A stretch of DNA of 64,000 bases from a virus. Shown in pieces: positions 19,388 through 29,684 of this stretch (the stretch's first letter is position 1; each line of letters begins with the position of its first letter). The notes below the pieces were generated by a model that ran no database searches, was not told where the DNA came from, and worked only from the letters and a program-made list of their open reading frames with translations. The DNA lies in the IMG/VR virus record IMGVR_UViG_3300027902_000006, positions 32,001 through 96,000 of that record; one strand, given 5' to 3'. The position numbers and the translations under genes were made by a program.

Positions 19388-20307
19388 TGCCTGGTGCAAG
19401 TTGGACACAACCTAATTTTGAACTTCAAGATGGAACGAGTTATAAAACATCTATTGATAATTGTATTCAAATAGCCGAACGTATGTGTCGAAATCGCTCT
19501 CCGAGGGAGATGGATACTCCGGCCATGCGTGTATGGACAGACTCTGGTATATTCTACAATGCCGCCTCTGGTACTCTCCTCGCCATTGCAGCTACTAAGA
19601 GTGCACTCTTTATCAGACCGGTCACAAATAATAGAATAGATCGACTTATCATGACTAGTATGGGGTCTACCTCGATAGTCAAAGGAGCATGTGCGGCCAA
19701 TCCTAGTCCACCTGCGATTACAGCTGGAAAATATCCGATCTGTCAAGTTTACATGAGTACTACTATTACTAAGATTCAAAATATAAATATTACTGATGAA
19801 CGTGTGAATTCAGCTTTGGGGCTTAATCCAGCGGCGACATCCATCAAGTTTACTAGTGCTACTGGAACATGGATTTGTCCGTCCAACGTTACTACTATCT
19901 ATATTACTGGCTGCGGTGGAGGTGGAGGGGGTGCAGGTTATAATGTCACCGGTGGTGGAGGCGGTGGAGCAGGAAGGTATGCTATTCGACACAAGCTAAC
20001 AGTAACTCCTGATGCAAGTTATTCGTATAGCGTTGGTGCTGGAGGAAGTGGAGGAGGAGTCAATTCATCCGGTAACCCCGGAAATATAACAACCTTTGGC
20101 ACGTCTCTCTTTACTCTAACTAACGGGGTCGGAGGAGTTCTGAATAGTACTCCAGCTACTGGCGGTTCTACCCCACTCGGTTTTGGTGGAATTGGGGGGG
20201 CTCCTGGTACAGTGGGTAAAGGTAGTGGTGCTGGTGGCGGTGGGGGAACTGCTCCTGGTACTGGAGGTGGTAACGGTTCCCCCGGACTACTTTGGTTGGA
20301 ATGGTAA
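19387..20307 (+). CDS. Tail fibre with glycine-rich C-terminal domain
   Basis: 'RID.L', 'I.DER', 'FT..GTW..P..VT......GGGGGG'. Confidence 0.75.
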   Translation: MPGASWTQPNFELQDGTSYKTSIDNCIQIAERMCRNRSPREMDTPAMRVWTDSGIFYNAASGTLLAIAATKSALFIRPVTNNRIDRLIMTSMGSTSIVKGACAANPSPPAITAGKYPICQVYMSTTITKIQNINITDERVNSALGLNPAATSIKFTSATGTWICPSNVTTIYITGCGGGGGGAGYNVTGGGGGGAGRYAIRHKLTVTPDASYSYSVGAGGSGGGVNSSGNPGNITTFGTSLFTLTNGVGGVLNSTPATGGSTPLGFGGIGGAPGTVGKGSGAGGGGGTAPGTGGGNGSPGLLWLEW

Positions 20308-20337
20308 ATTCTCGAGTAAGGAGAATCGGTATGACAA

Positions 20338-20673
20338 ATGGTGATCTTTCTTGGAGACAAAGAATATGTGGCAGGCTGGTGCTTCGAAGGATTCACCTCT
20401 GCTGAGAAACTCACATCTCTACTTATAGAAGTATTGAAATTTATAGGGATAGAAACTGGGGAATTTATAATAGAAGAGACGGAAGACGTAGTTCGCGTAT
20501 CACTGCCAACTATTGTGGGAACCTCCTACCGATTTAGACAACGAGATCGTGTTGAGGAACGCGTCCGAGTTTTACTTGTCTCATGTACTAAATTTTCAGC
20601 CTATGAGGTTGGGCTCTTACTAAAAGATAAACTTGATATGTTGATGGTAGGCCGAGGGTACTTTACATACTAA
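20338..20673 (+). CDS. Hypothetical protein (weak AdoMet-decarboxylase-like pattern)
   Basis: 'LLVSCTKF' resembles the SpeD C-terminal strand; no ES cleavage motif. Confidence 0.35.
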   Translation: MVIFLGDKEYVAGWCFEGFTSAEKLTSLLIEVLKFIGIETGEFIIEETEDVVRVSLPTIVGTSYRFRQRDRVEERVRVLLVSCTKFSAYEVGLLLKDKLDMLMVGRGYFTY

Positions 20674-20687
20674 GAGGAGAATAACAC

Positions 20688-20906
20688 ATGGCCCTAGACG
20701 ACCCTTGGTTGAAGGAGTTCCTGAAGAAGGTAGATGAGCAGACCGGACGACTTGAAGCGAAGCTAGATACTTTTATTAAGAGAGTTGAAAATGACTACGT
20801 GAGTAAGACTGAACTATCCCCCATCAAAATCATAGTCTTCGGAATGGCCGGTTTTGTCCTAGCCGCTTTTATAGCAATGCTTGTATTAAAGGTCGGGTGG
20901 AAATAA
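20688..20906 (+). CDS. Holin-like coiled-coil + single TM protein
   Basis: Coiled coil then hydrophobic C-terminal helix, after tail genes. Confidence 0.55.
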   Translation: MALDDPWLKEFLKKVDEQTGRLEAKLDTFIKRVENDYVSKTELSPIKIIVFGMAGFVLAAFIAMLVLKVGWK

Positions 20907-21415
20907 TGAATACGCAAACGACAACAGTCAGAAAAAACCACCTTCGTATGGCAAACTTCTTGGCTTATTTAACTATTACAGTAATGTTCACAACTCTCTG
21001 TGTGGGAGTTTTTTGGTTATTTTGGCCAACGGACGTTCTGGAAGTTTATTCTATCGAACTTCTCCAACCATCTGTCAAACAAGGTTGTGGAATTAGATAT
21101 ATTATACATTACGATAAGTATCAAGATGAACCCGGAGAAGTGACCAAGATGCTTATTGGAGAGGATAACAACCGAGCATATAGTCTAGTGGCTCATTTCA
21201 TGGGAGCATTACCTGCTGGAAGAGCGTTATCTGCGGAGACATTCACAGCTATTCCACCTTTCGTCAAACCCGGACGGTATAGACTACACTATCATATCAA
21301 ATATACTCTCAATCCGTTGAGAAACTTTCTTGAGGAGTTTGAGACTCCCGCCTTTGAGGTTACTCAAGGAGATCGAAAATCTAGTGACTGCTTTTGGAGT
21401 CCATATGGTAACTAG
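20906..21415 (+). CDS. Membrane-anchored protein, paralog A
   Basis: N-terminal TM, 'WP..V..V.S.E.L', 'PG.Y', 'NPLR...EFET..F.V'. Confidence 0.6.
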   Translation: MNTQTTTVRKNHLRMANFLAYLTITVMFTTLCVGVFWLFWPTDVLEVYSIELLQPSVKQGCGIRYIIHYDKYQDEPGEVTKMLIGEDNNRAYSLVAHFMGALPAGRALSAETFTAIPPFVKPGRYRLHYHIKYTLNPLRNFLEEFETPAFEVTQGDRKSSDCFWSPYGN

Positions 21416-21869
21416 AGAACTCAACTGGAGTTTAGTTCTCTCGATAGTTATCGTAACTATCATGGCACTTACTTTTAGTCTGGGTCTCTATCTGATAGTA
21501 TGGCCAGTTAATGTAGTAGATGTTGAATCAGTCGAGATCTTAACTCCGATTGTCTATCCAGGGGAGGTTGTTAGATATAAAATCTGTTACGATAAGTTTT
21601 TAGACATAGCCGGATTCGCTACTAAGATCCTTACTGGTAAGGATGAAGACCTCGTACCTAGGCGCTACGCGCTATCTATGACTGTAGGTCTTTTCGAAAA
21701 GGGTATAAGTATTTGTGTAGAGGAGTCTACCCAAATTCCTATTTATGTAGTGCCGGGTCAGTATAAGGTTCGATATAGAATTATATACCAGATAAACTCG
21801 TTAAGGACACATACTGAAAATTTCGAGACGACTCCTTTCAAAGTCGTTGCTCGGGATGTTAAAAAGTAA
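21405..21869 (+). CDS. Membrane-anchored protein, paralog B
   Basis: Same architecture as 20906-21415. Confidence 0.6.
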   Translation: MVTRELNWSLVLSIVIVTIMALTFSLGLYLIVWPVNVVDVESVEILTPIVYPGEVVRYKICYDKFLDIAGFATKILTGKDEDLVPRRYALSMTVGLFEKGISICVEESTQIPIYVVPGQYKVRYRIIYQINSLRTHTENFETTPFKVVARDVKK

Positions 21870-22110
21870 TGAGTAATATTGTAGTGTTTAAGGTATCTAA
21901 GAAGAGAAAAGAACAATATACAGATGCACTCGTGCGTAAACGAGCTGAATACCTATACTGGATAACGAACGGTTTTGAGTTTATGTGCCAAGATCCAGAT
22001 GTTCGAGAACGCTTTGACAATGGTGAAATTGAACTGTGAAGGGATTTTATCCTCTACAAGAAAACAATCCCTTAGACGCCGTCTGACGAGCACAGAAGGG
22101 GGTAATAGAT

Positions 22111-22443
22111 ATGAAGATCAGGTGCAGTATATGTGGAGCGGATGTTTCCTCTGAGTTACCTGACGATACCGAGGTTGAGGCTTTCGTAGAGTGTCAGAAC
22201 TGTCGTACGAGGGAAGAGGCTCAAAATAAATCCGACGAGATAGTTGTTACTACTCATCAAGTCGTAGATCTTCCTCCACAACCTGAGCCGAAAGTTTCAT
22301 TCACGGCTCAGGTTATATCGAGATCTGTCGTAGAACAAACATATATGGAAACAAATTACGAAAGTTTAGTACAGAGGTTACTAGATGCCACTAGGATGAG
22401 GAAAAACAAACTTCCTATTACTATTGTTATAAGTCAGGACTAA
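22111..22443 (+). CDS. Zn-finger hypothetical protein
   Basis: CSIC...CQNC; last gene of + arm. Confidence 0.55.
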   Translation: MKIRCSICGADVSSELPDDTEVEAFVECQNCRTREEAQNKSDEIVVTTHQVVDLPPQPEPKVSFTAQVISRSVVEQTYMETNYESLVQRLLDATRMRKNKLPITIVISQD

Positions 22444-23246
22444 CTAATCTCTTCTCTGAATTTACAAATATCATTGCCATTCGGACAGCAGGCGTGCCAA
22501 GAGGGATCATCGCAAATCGACTCGATCCCTTTTCCTTTTACAGTATTGGCAATAATACAAGTCGGCTGACTATGATGACCACTTCTAATATATTGTAACT
22601 CCGTAGTCAGAGCCTCGAAGCTATGCCCATCACAAGTAGAGACTCTCCACCCAAAGGCTGAAAATTTCGCAGCTAAGTTATCTAGCGGGATAATATTGTC
22701 TGTAAAATCAGTAGCACAAATGCCATTCCGGTCAACAAGAACCACGAGATTATTAAGGCGATGAGCAGCGGCGAAGTCGGCTGCTTCCCAGATCTGTCCT
22801 TCATAACACTCTCCATCTCCGAGAAGTGTAAAAACTAAGTTGTTCTTACGATCCAGTTTCAGAGATTTAGCAATCCCACTAGCATACGAAAGACCCTGTC
22901 CTAAACTCCCCGTTGTAAACTCCACACCCGGAACTGTATATTGGAGATGAACGCCGAATTTACCGCCCTCTTGACAGAAGGTTTTTAACCAGTCCTTCGG
23001 ATAAAATCCACAGTCTGATAAAGTAACATAGAGAATTGGGGACGCTTGTCCTTTACTCAAGACAAAGTAATCTCGTCCTTCCCAATCAGGCTCTTCGTGT
23101 CTATAGTTCATTACTGAGTAATAAAGAGTTGTGAGGATCTCAACGCAAGAAAAGGAACTGGTTACATGTCCAGTTCCAGACTGACAACACATGTCATACG
23201 TCTCGTAACGTAATTGTAATGCTTTATTTTTGTGATATTCAAACAT
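22440..23246 (-). CDS. Transketolase N-terminal (TPP-binding) subunit
   Basis: 'GHVTSSFS', 'RDYFVLSKG', 'TGSLGQG', 'GDGE..EG..WEA', 'TVKGKG'. Confidence 0.93.
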   Translation of the reverse strand: MFEYHKNKALQLRYETYDMCCQSGTGHVTSSFSCVEILTTLYYSVMNYRHEEPDWEGRDYFVLSKGQASPILYVTLSDCGFYPKDWLKTFCQEGGKFGVHLQYTVPGVEFTTGSLGQGLSYASGIAKSLKLDRKNNLVFTLLGDGECYEGQIWEAADFAAAHRLNNLVVLVDRNGICATDFTDNIIPLDNLAAKFSAFGWRVSTCDGHSFEALTTELQYIRSGHHSQPTCIIANTVKGKGIESICDDPSWHACCPNGNDICKFREEIS

Positions 23247-23562
23247 CGTTCCATCCGTTTTCTCTTAGTTTTGAAAGGCTTTCTCCACCGTCCCATTGGT
23301 ATTGATCATTGTAATCCCACGTCCTCTTTAGATCAGTATATTCTTTTTCTGGAAGATGATCTTTAAGTGGAATGAATCCACCAACACAACTAGCCCATAT
23401 GATGTGCCTTCTAGTATTAAAGATCCAATAGTAATCATCTTCTCCATCAACTACGTCTAACAACTGAACTACTTTAAATCCATCTAAAACTAGTTGATCG
23501 CGATACCTTTCAAGAGTGTTGTAGATAACCACTCGATTAGAGTCAAATACTTCCAGTTCCAT
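23239..23562 (-). CDS. Hypothetical protein
   Basis: ORF with RBS, in operon. Confidence 0.55.
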   Translation of the reverse strand: MELEVFDSNRVVIYNTLERYRDQLVLDGFKVVQLLDVVDGEDDYYWIFNTRRHIIWASCVGGFIPLKDHLPEKEYTDLKRTWDYNDQYQWDGGESLSKLRENGWNDV

Positions 23563-23575
23563 CTTTCCTCCTTTT

Positions 23576-24559
23576 TTAGATGTTAAGGTCTAAAGCCCAC
23601 GTCATTGTAGAGTACTTAAAAATATTCAAACCTCCGGCATTTACTGGACGCTGAATCCAGTTCAACCATTCTGTTTTTTCAAAGAATCTTCGGGTCACTA
23701 ACTGTTCAAGAACATGAGCAGGCCAGTCGGTAGGCTTTGGAAGTTCAACGTAATCCTGACATGGATGGAGAAGTTTTGTAATCCATCTCAGAAATGGATT
23801 TGTAGGAAGTTTGTATGGCCAAGTCTCAGGATGTAGACAATACTGAAAGTACCAGTCTAGCGTCTTTTCGAGAAGATAGAATAAATCTCTATTATGAAGA
23901 GTAAAGTAATCAAACATAACTTGGCAGTAGGGTTCGAGTGCGAAGTTCACATACCACATTCCAGCGTTCGTGCGTTTCACTTCATGATAAAGAATTCCGT
24001 TTTTATCAATAGCGTTTTTAACATGGTCAGAAAATCCGTCTATCCAACAAAGGATATTTCTTCCTGCTAGACGCTCTGAACGCAAGAACCCTAGCCATGA
24101 CCACGCACCCTGATTATTTTCCTTACCCATATATTCCAAAGCACAGAGTTTATAGATGTTCTCCACCCAATTAAGAAATGATTCTCTATGCGTCCAGTTA
24201 AAACTATCTATAAGAAGATACGCATCCATGAACTTATTACCTTCCATAAGCATAGCAAACTTGGACTCTTTTCCTCTGACCTCTTGGTTTAGAATCCCCC
24301 ACTTAGTGAGATGCTGGGAAGCTCGGTTTGCTGCATAGACGTTCGTTTTATCCATCTTGTAGCGCAAGGCCCAATATAAAGCCGCAGAAGTCTGGTCCTC
24401 TAGAATCTTTCCAGCCACTCTATTTCCATCTGGGTCAGAATAAAAGTTAGGAATAGAGAGGATAGAAGGAGCGTTAGGTTCAACCCAAAACCACTTCTCT
24501 TCCTCCGCCATAAACATAGGTTTAGTTATACCCGCCCAATATGCTTTATCACCGTTCAT
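23576..24559 (-). CDS. Alginate-lyase-like (alpha/alpha toroid) protein
   Basis: 'NNQGAW' resembles NNHxxW; 'E..R.....Y..FAL'. Confidence 0.55.
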   Translation of the reverse strand: MNGDKAYWAGITKPMFMAEEEKWFWVEPNAPSILSIPNFYSDPDGNRVAGKILEDQTSAALYWALRYKMDKTNVYAANRASQHLTKWGILNQEVRGKESKFAMLMEGNKFMDAYLLIDSFNWTHRESFLNWVENIYKLCALEYMGKENNQGAWSWLGFLRSERLAGRNILCWIDGFSDHVKNAIDKNGILYHEVKRTNAGMWYVNFALEPYCQVMFDYFTLHNRDLFYLLEKTLDWYFQYCLHPETWPYKLPTNPFLRWITKLLHPCQDYVELPKPTDWPAHVLEQLVTRRFFEKTEWLNWIQRPVNAGGLNIFKYSTMTWALDLNI

Positions 24560-24673
24560 TTACGCCTTCTCCTCGCTTCCATTTTAATCCGTGCCAAAAA
24601 TGAAAAGTAAACTAGCCAGCACCCACCTACGAGAATTGCCGAATCAACAAAGTTGATATGATCGTATAACCAG

Positions 24674-26092
24674 CTAAACATTTCTCTTGAGTTTCGTTTT
24701 AGTCATCTCTTGAATGTATTTCTTTGTTTCTTCCCCAAAAGCATTTTCTATCATACGTAGATAGCCCGGATTAGTGAAATATGTATTAAAGGCATAGTCT
24801 CTATACTCTATGACTTCGTGAGGTTCAAGATAGTTAGTTGGTAAAGGAAGACTCTCAGGTGAATACTGACTATAACCTTCCCAAGTTGCAGGAAGCGGCC
24901 ATCCTTTTGCCCTAACTTCTTCGTAGAGTTTACTTCCTGGGTACGCCATAGTACAGTAAAAATTAGACCATTCTGCGTAAATGGATTGTGCTAAGTGTAG
25001 AGTTTGCTGCATGGTGGGATAAGAATCATTCTCGAAACCAAACATCCAGTTGGCATTGATATGGATTTCGGCGTGTTGAGTCATCTGGGCTACTCGTCTT
25101 ATTTTATCTGTCCAATCTCCATGACTCAATGTCTTTTCACACTCATATGCTATGGCGTTATTTCCAGTCTCAAATCCATAGCACAACCACTTAACTCCAA
25201 TAGATCTGAGATTGTTTAGCATGTCGTCATCTACTGTCGATACGCTGGCGTATGCCCAAATATTCAATTCTTTCTCTAAGTTGAATTGCGTTTCTCTGGC
25301 TTTTGCTTTTAGTGCCGAACAGATATCACTTACATGTTTCTTATTCAGAGTAAAATTTTCATCTAGAATACGAATATTTCTAACTCCAACCCTATCTATC
25401 CACCAGAAGATTTCTTCCACAACTTTCTTAGGATCTTTAAATCTCACTCCTCTAGAGTTATTAAACATTGCATGGATAACACAGAATGAACAACTGTACG
25501 GACATCCGAGACTTGTGAATAGCACACCGTATGGACTTCTCCCTTGGAGATTTCCAAAGCAATGCCAATTGTGTGCTCTATACTTTTCAACAGGTAGTAA
25601 ATCCCAAGCCGGAAATGGAAGTTGATTCAAGTCAGCAAGCGTCTCGGTATAGACTATACCCTCAAGGGATTCTCGCTTAGAGACAATATCGAAACCCTCG
25701 CCCACTATTATACCAGTAACTCCCAAGGAGTTCATCGTCTGTTCGGGTAAAGCAGAAGGATGTAAGCCGTGTAGAATCGTTGGAATCCCGAATAGTTTTA
25801 GGGCTTCCACCAAATCAACGGCACCTCTCATACTCTGAGTAGAAGCAGATGGATTATGTCCACACACAGAGATAATTACTGATCGAGGACGAGCCGTAGA
25901 TAATCTAAGGGCTAGTTCGGAAACACTTAAATTCTCTATCTCGTTATCGAGTAGCATAACATCCTGTCCACTTTGACGAATACACGCAGCCAGTAGAGCC
26001 GCCCAGATTGGCGGCTCTACTGCAGTAAGATTGGAGTCTTCTAGGACTCCGTATATCTTCTGTTTACTATTGGGTCTGACTATTGCAATCAT
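24674..26092 (-). CDS. B12-binding radical SAM protein (class B methylase-like)
   Basis: 'GCPYSCSFC', N-terminal cobalamin domain 'G.HPSALP...GEG', 'GFET', 'YPGS'. Confidence 0.9.
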   Translation of the reverse strand: MIAIVRPNSKQKIYGVLEDSNLTAVEPPIWAALLAACIRQSGQDVMLLDNEIENLSVSELALRLSTARPRSVIISVCGHNPSASTQSMRGAVDLVEALKLFGIPTILHGLHPSALPEQTMNSLGVTGIIVGEGFDIVSKRESLEGIVYTETLADLNQLPFPAWDLLPVEKYRAHNWHCFGNLQGRSPYGVLFTSLGCPYSCSFCVIHAMFNNSRGVRFKDPKKVVEEIFWWIDRVGVRNIRILDENFTLNKKHVSDICSALKAKARETQFNLEKELNIWAYASVSTVDDDMLNNLRSIGVKWLCYGFETGNNAIAYECEKTLSHGDWTDKIRRVAQMTQHAEIHINANWMFGFENDSYPTMQQTLHLAQSIYAEWSNFYCTMAYPGSKLYEEVRAKGWPLPATWEGYSQYSPESLPLPTNYLEPHEVIEYRDYAFNTYFTNPGYLRMIENAFGEETKKYIQEMTKTKLKRNV

Positions 26093-26328
26093 TCCTCGCT
26101 CAGTGGCTCCCCTTCATCATGCAAAAACATATTATGAGCTAATCCAACCACTACGCCGTACCATTCTAAGGGGTCATCTATTCTACCGTGGACAATTCTG
26201 CGTATCCCCTCTTTCGTCGAATAGATCACACATATCTCGCCGATGTCATCAACTATTTCATTAAGTTGTTCTAAAACACGATAATTCTCACTTAGATCAA
26301 GACGGACAACCTTCCTAGACTTTTTCAT
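26089..26328 (-). CDS. Hypothetical protein
   Basis: Coupled ORF. Confidence 0.5.
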   Translation of the reverse strand: MKKSRKVVRLDLSENYRVLEQLNEIVDDIGEICVIYSTKEGIRRIVHGRIDDPLEWYGVVVGLAHNMFLHDEGEPLSEE

Positions 26329-27329
26329 CAGTTCCTCCGAAAGAGTTTAAGTAAGTCGGGTTCATGGGTCAATGAAGATGTGAACTGTGGGAGACGCCAC
26401 GGAAAAGGATACGTCTTTAAACTATCCGAATATGTATCTATACCTTGTTGTAAGTTAGGATACTTTTCAACGAATTTAAGTAAGAGAGTCATTAATAGAT
26501 TAAGCCAAACTTCACGTTCATAGAACTCCTTCGCGTCTTTAGCGTTCATCCCACCTTCGATGAGATATTTGAGAATAACTGTTCGCATCACTTTTGCTGA
26601 CGGAGAGTAGCTACTATCTGTAATTGCTTCGAACGGATTGAGATTCTTCTGAACATAATTTCCATCGTCGTGTCTGAGAATAGCTTGATATAACGACTTT
26701 TTTAAAGCGTCTTTAATCTTCCCACTCATGGCAGAGATTGCACAAGGGAGAACCTCTGCACCTAACCATTGATTCGGCATCAGGTGAGCGTACTTAAACA
26801 TCTGATTCCACGTCTCTGTTCGATGTACGTAGTACGTAGTCTTACGGTTCATCCTTAAGTATGTTATTAGGCGGTCTTCAATGTAAGGAGTCTCTAACTC
26901 TAGACAGGAGATGTAGTGCATCCCTAGAGTTTCTCCATGTTGTGTCTTTGTACATTTAGTACCACTTGCTGCGATATAATCTTGATTCATCTTTAGGAAT
27001 TCAACACATTCAGAAAGTCCGCGTTTAATAACAACGTCGTTCTCGGTGCAACTCAGCACATATGGAGTATCTATCATACTTCTGATTGATTGAATCACCG
27101 CTCCCTCATGTTTTCCTTCACAACACACAAGAGTGATATTAAGTCCTCCCAGTAGGCCGTTCCTCCGTACAGTTTGGATAGCTTTAATACTTCTCCCGGT
27201 ACTGGAATCAGCTAGAATAATCCGACCACGGAAGCGTTTCTTGATATAGTAATTTATCGAAGTTTGGAGACTCCGATGTCTATTCTTAGTCGGGATAATG
27301 ATGGTAACTAGTTCTTCATTATTATACAT
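26328..27329 (-). CDS. Glycosyltransferase family 2 (TIGR00180-like)
   Basis: 'TIIIPT.NR', 'IILADSS', 'C.EFL..N.DYIAA.G'; DxD degenerate (END). Confidence 0.75.
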   Translation of the reverse strand: MYNNEELVTIIIPTKNRHRSLQTSINYYIKKRFRGRIILADSSTGRSIKAIQTVRRNGLLGGLNITLVCCEGKHEGAVIQSIRSMIDTPYVLSCTENDVVIKRGLSECVEFLKMNQDYIAASGTKCTKTQHGETLGMHYISCLELETPYIEDRLITYLRMNRKTTYYVHRTETWNQMFKYAHLMPNQWLGAEVLPCAISAMSGKIKDALKKSLYQAILRHDDGNYVQKNLNPFEAITDSSYSPSAKVMRTVILKYLIEGGMNAKDAKEFYEREVWLNLLMTLLLKFVEKYPNLQQGIDTYSDSLKTYPFPWRLPQFTSSLTHEPDLLKLFRRN

Positions 27330-28226
27330 TTAGTCTACCAGAAGAGAAAGAAGATTTTCCTTGTCCAGTCCGTATTGTTTCCGTATATTTTCACGCCCTC
27401 CATACTCATATGTATATCCTAAGTTCCGGTCAACCTTAAGATGTATCATCGGGGGGAATCCAAATTCTTTTGTAAGTTGCTCGTAGAGAGGACTTTGGAA
27501 GTTTTCCTCTGCCAAAATTATACGACAGGCTTGGACTCTATACATGAAGGGAAGTAATTTTTTGAGTTCTTCTCCTAAACCCAGTTTCCACGGGAAGGTG
27601 TGAATATCTATTAATGTACAAGGACTCCCATAGAAGGAGTGTACTAAGTCTCCTTGTGTAAAGACAACCGTTCTCCAAGCAGGATTGAATTGCACAATAT
27701 GATAGCCAACATCGAAGAACGTCAGTTTATTGTATATAGGCTCTCTCACGGCTCTATCTAGACGGATGTAGGTAGGACCTTGAGGAACCTTGGCGACTCC
27801 AACTGCCATGACAGAGTCCGTTACTGTTATGACAGTCATATGGGGAAGAGTCGCCAAGATAGAGAAGTCTTCTAGTGTATGATGAGTGGGACCGGAGTCC
27901 TCATAACTAAATCCAGCCCCCACTCCAATCATAGTAATAGGCATATTGTGGGCACAGGGTCCGAGTTTAATTTGTTCATAGCATCGGAGACTGATAAACG
28001 GAGCTATGGCGTAGGTAAAAACCTTCTTACCGGCTCTAGCTAAGCCAACAGCTATGCCGATAGCATTAGCCTCTGCTATTCCAACGTTAATATACTGATG
28101 TGGGAGTTCCAACCTCCACTGATCCAAGGCTGGCGCTCCCATATCAGCACTGACTAAGATGATATTTCTATCGTTCTTAGCTTGTTGAAATAACTTATTG
28201 AAATAAGCGTCTCTTTGGGAGATCAA
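27330..28226 (-). CDS. Transketolase C-terminal (pyrimidine-binding) subunit
   Basis: 'SADMG', 'NVGIAE', 'R.YEQIK', 'GPTHH', 'PTYIRL'. Confidence 0.92.
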   Translation of the reverse strand: MISQRDAYFNKLFQQAKNDRNIILVSADMGAPALDQWRLELPHQYINVGIAEANAIGIAVGLARAGKKVFTYAIAPFISLRCYEQIKLGPCAHNMPITMIGVGAGFSYEDSGPTHHTLEDFSILATLPHMTVITVTDSVMAVGVAKVPQGPTYIRLDRAVREPIYNKLTFFDVGYHIVQFNPAWRTVVFTQGDLVHSFYGSPCTLIDIHTFPWKLGLGEELKKLLPFMYRVQACRIILAEENFQSPLYEQLTKEFGFPPMIHLKVDRNLGYTYEYGGRENIRKQYGLDKENLLSLLVD

Positions 28227-28683
28227 TTTTTGCCTCCGATTCCATAACTTGTGACCGACGGCAGATATCTCGTAAACAATTGTCTTTTCTCCATAGGGGA
28301 TTGTATTTTTTATAACGCTGTGCTGGATCTCCCCTGAAAAGCCTAGTCGCCCATTCTATTTGTAGAACAGGTGTATACATGACTTCAGGAGGAATGCGTC
28401 CATTTGGCCAAGTTAGACTTTTTCTGAATCCACACGGACCTTGAAAAGAGCTACTTAGAGACCCACCATTCCAGCCATTTCCTTCGATGTCAATAACGGC
28501 GGCTATAAAGAATGGATCAGTATTATTTTGTTTACAACCGCGTTTGACTGCTTCCCACCAATCGCTTGGCATTACTCTTCCATTGCGTGCTCTAGGGGGT
28601 AAGGTATGATCCCACCATTCGGCTTGAGCAGGTAAAGAATTAAAAGTTAAAAGCAAACCAAGGGCCACAGCGGCCCACCTCAT
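28195..28683 (-). CDS. Secreted lysozyme/transglycosylase-like protein
   Basis: Signal peptide; 'DP.FIAAVI.IE', 'YNP'. Confidence 0.5.
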   Translation of the reverse strand: MRWAAVALGLLLTFNSLPAQAEWWDHTLPPRARNGRVMPSDWWEAVKRGCKQNNTDPFFIAAVIDIEGNGWNGGSLSSSFQGPCGFRKSLTWPNGRIPPEVMYTPVLQIEWATRLFRGDPAQRYKKYNPLWRKDNCLRDICRRSQVMESEAKIDLPKRRLFQ

Positions 28684-28735
28684 TCATACACTCCAGTTAG
28701 ATTGTTTTTCATAGCTTCCTCCTGTGTTTAAACAC

Positions 28736-29125
28736 TTATTGTATTACGTTCAGTCCATTAGTAGTTCTCCATCGAATCCATTTTTCTTTGGAAAGTGGAG
28801 TGACCGGTTGAGTTGAATGTGAATTGTAATACTGCAAACCGATCAGATAATTCTCGTACTGATTCGCGCTAGCCGCGGAATCAAGCATCTGTTTTTCCAC
28901 ATTGTTACGATTTTTGATAGCCGAACCAATTAGAAGAGCCGCGACAAGTCCGAGAGCCATTGCTCCACCCGCGGCACCTGCTGCGTAACCCGGAGATACT
29001 CCGTACCTAAAGCCATAACCATAACCGTAACCAGGATAACAACCAGAACGCCAAGCAAAAGCAGGTGTTACTACTGCGAATGTTAAAGATGCACACACAC
29101 TGAGAGCTATAAGTTTCTTCTTCAT
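28736..29125 (-). CDS. Exported Gly/Tyr-rich protein
   Basis: Signal peptide (AFA), GY repeats, glycine-zipper-like helix. Confidence 0.55.
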   Translation of the reverse strand: MKKKLIALSVCASLTFAVVTPAFAWRSGCYPGYGYGYGFRYGVSPGYAAGAAGGAMALGLVAALLIGSAIKNRNNVEKQMLDSAASANQYENYLIGLQYYNSHSTQPVTPLSKEKWIRWRTTNGLNVIQ

Positions 29126-29263
29126 GTTAGTCCCCCGCTCGTAGTATAGCGCCTATGATAACAAGAGACAGAGTTAATAGTATGATTATCTCACTAGCAC
29201 GTAGAAAATACTCAAATGGAATACCGAAGAAAGTTAATCCATGAAACATAATGCCTCCTTTTT

Positions 29264-29635
29264 TTAGTCGTATGTGTAGAAATCTACACTACCTATTTTA
29301 GTGTGACAAAATGCTTGAGAAAGTGGTTTAATCCAAACGACCCTTCCGTTGATTTGTGACCAGATCCAAAGTTTAAAGAGTTTTCTCCAAGGCCATGTCA
29401 GAAAAGCTCGTATCGGGGCGTTATACTCTAGGACGCGTTCATATTTGAGGAAGTCCGCCCATACTGTATTATAGCCAACTACTGAGACAGAAGACGGACC
29501 CTTCTTGACTGCTAGAGTAAACTTAGCTCCATCTTTCCAATACTGAGCTACAACATTCCCACACGTACAGCGAGTGGCGTTATAGCTAACTTCAATAAGG
29601 TAGTCGTTACACAGTCGGCATTTAACAATCTTCAC
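29264..29635 (-). CDS. Zn-binding hypothetical protein
   Basis: CRLC...CTCG. Confidence 0.5.
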   Translation of the reverse strand: MKIVKCRLCNDYLIEVSYNATRCTCGNVVAQYWKDGAKFTLAVKKGPSSVSVVGYNTVWADFLKYERVLEYNAPIRAFLTWPWRKLFKLWIWSQINGRVVWIKPLSQAFCHTKIGSVDFYTYD

Positions 29636-29684
29636 TACTTCTTTCCCTTTCGACGCCGTCTTCTATTCCGTCGCTTCTTACTGC

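Noticed and set aside
20338-20673. Active S-adenosylmethionine decarboxylase
   Set aside because: The self-cleavage ES(H) motif is absent; resemblance is weak.
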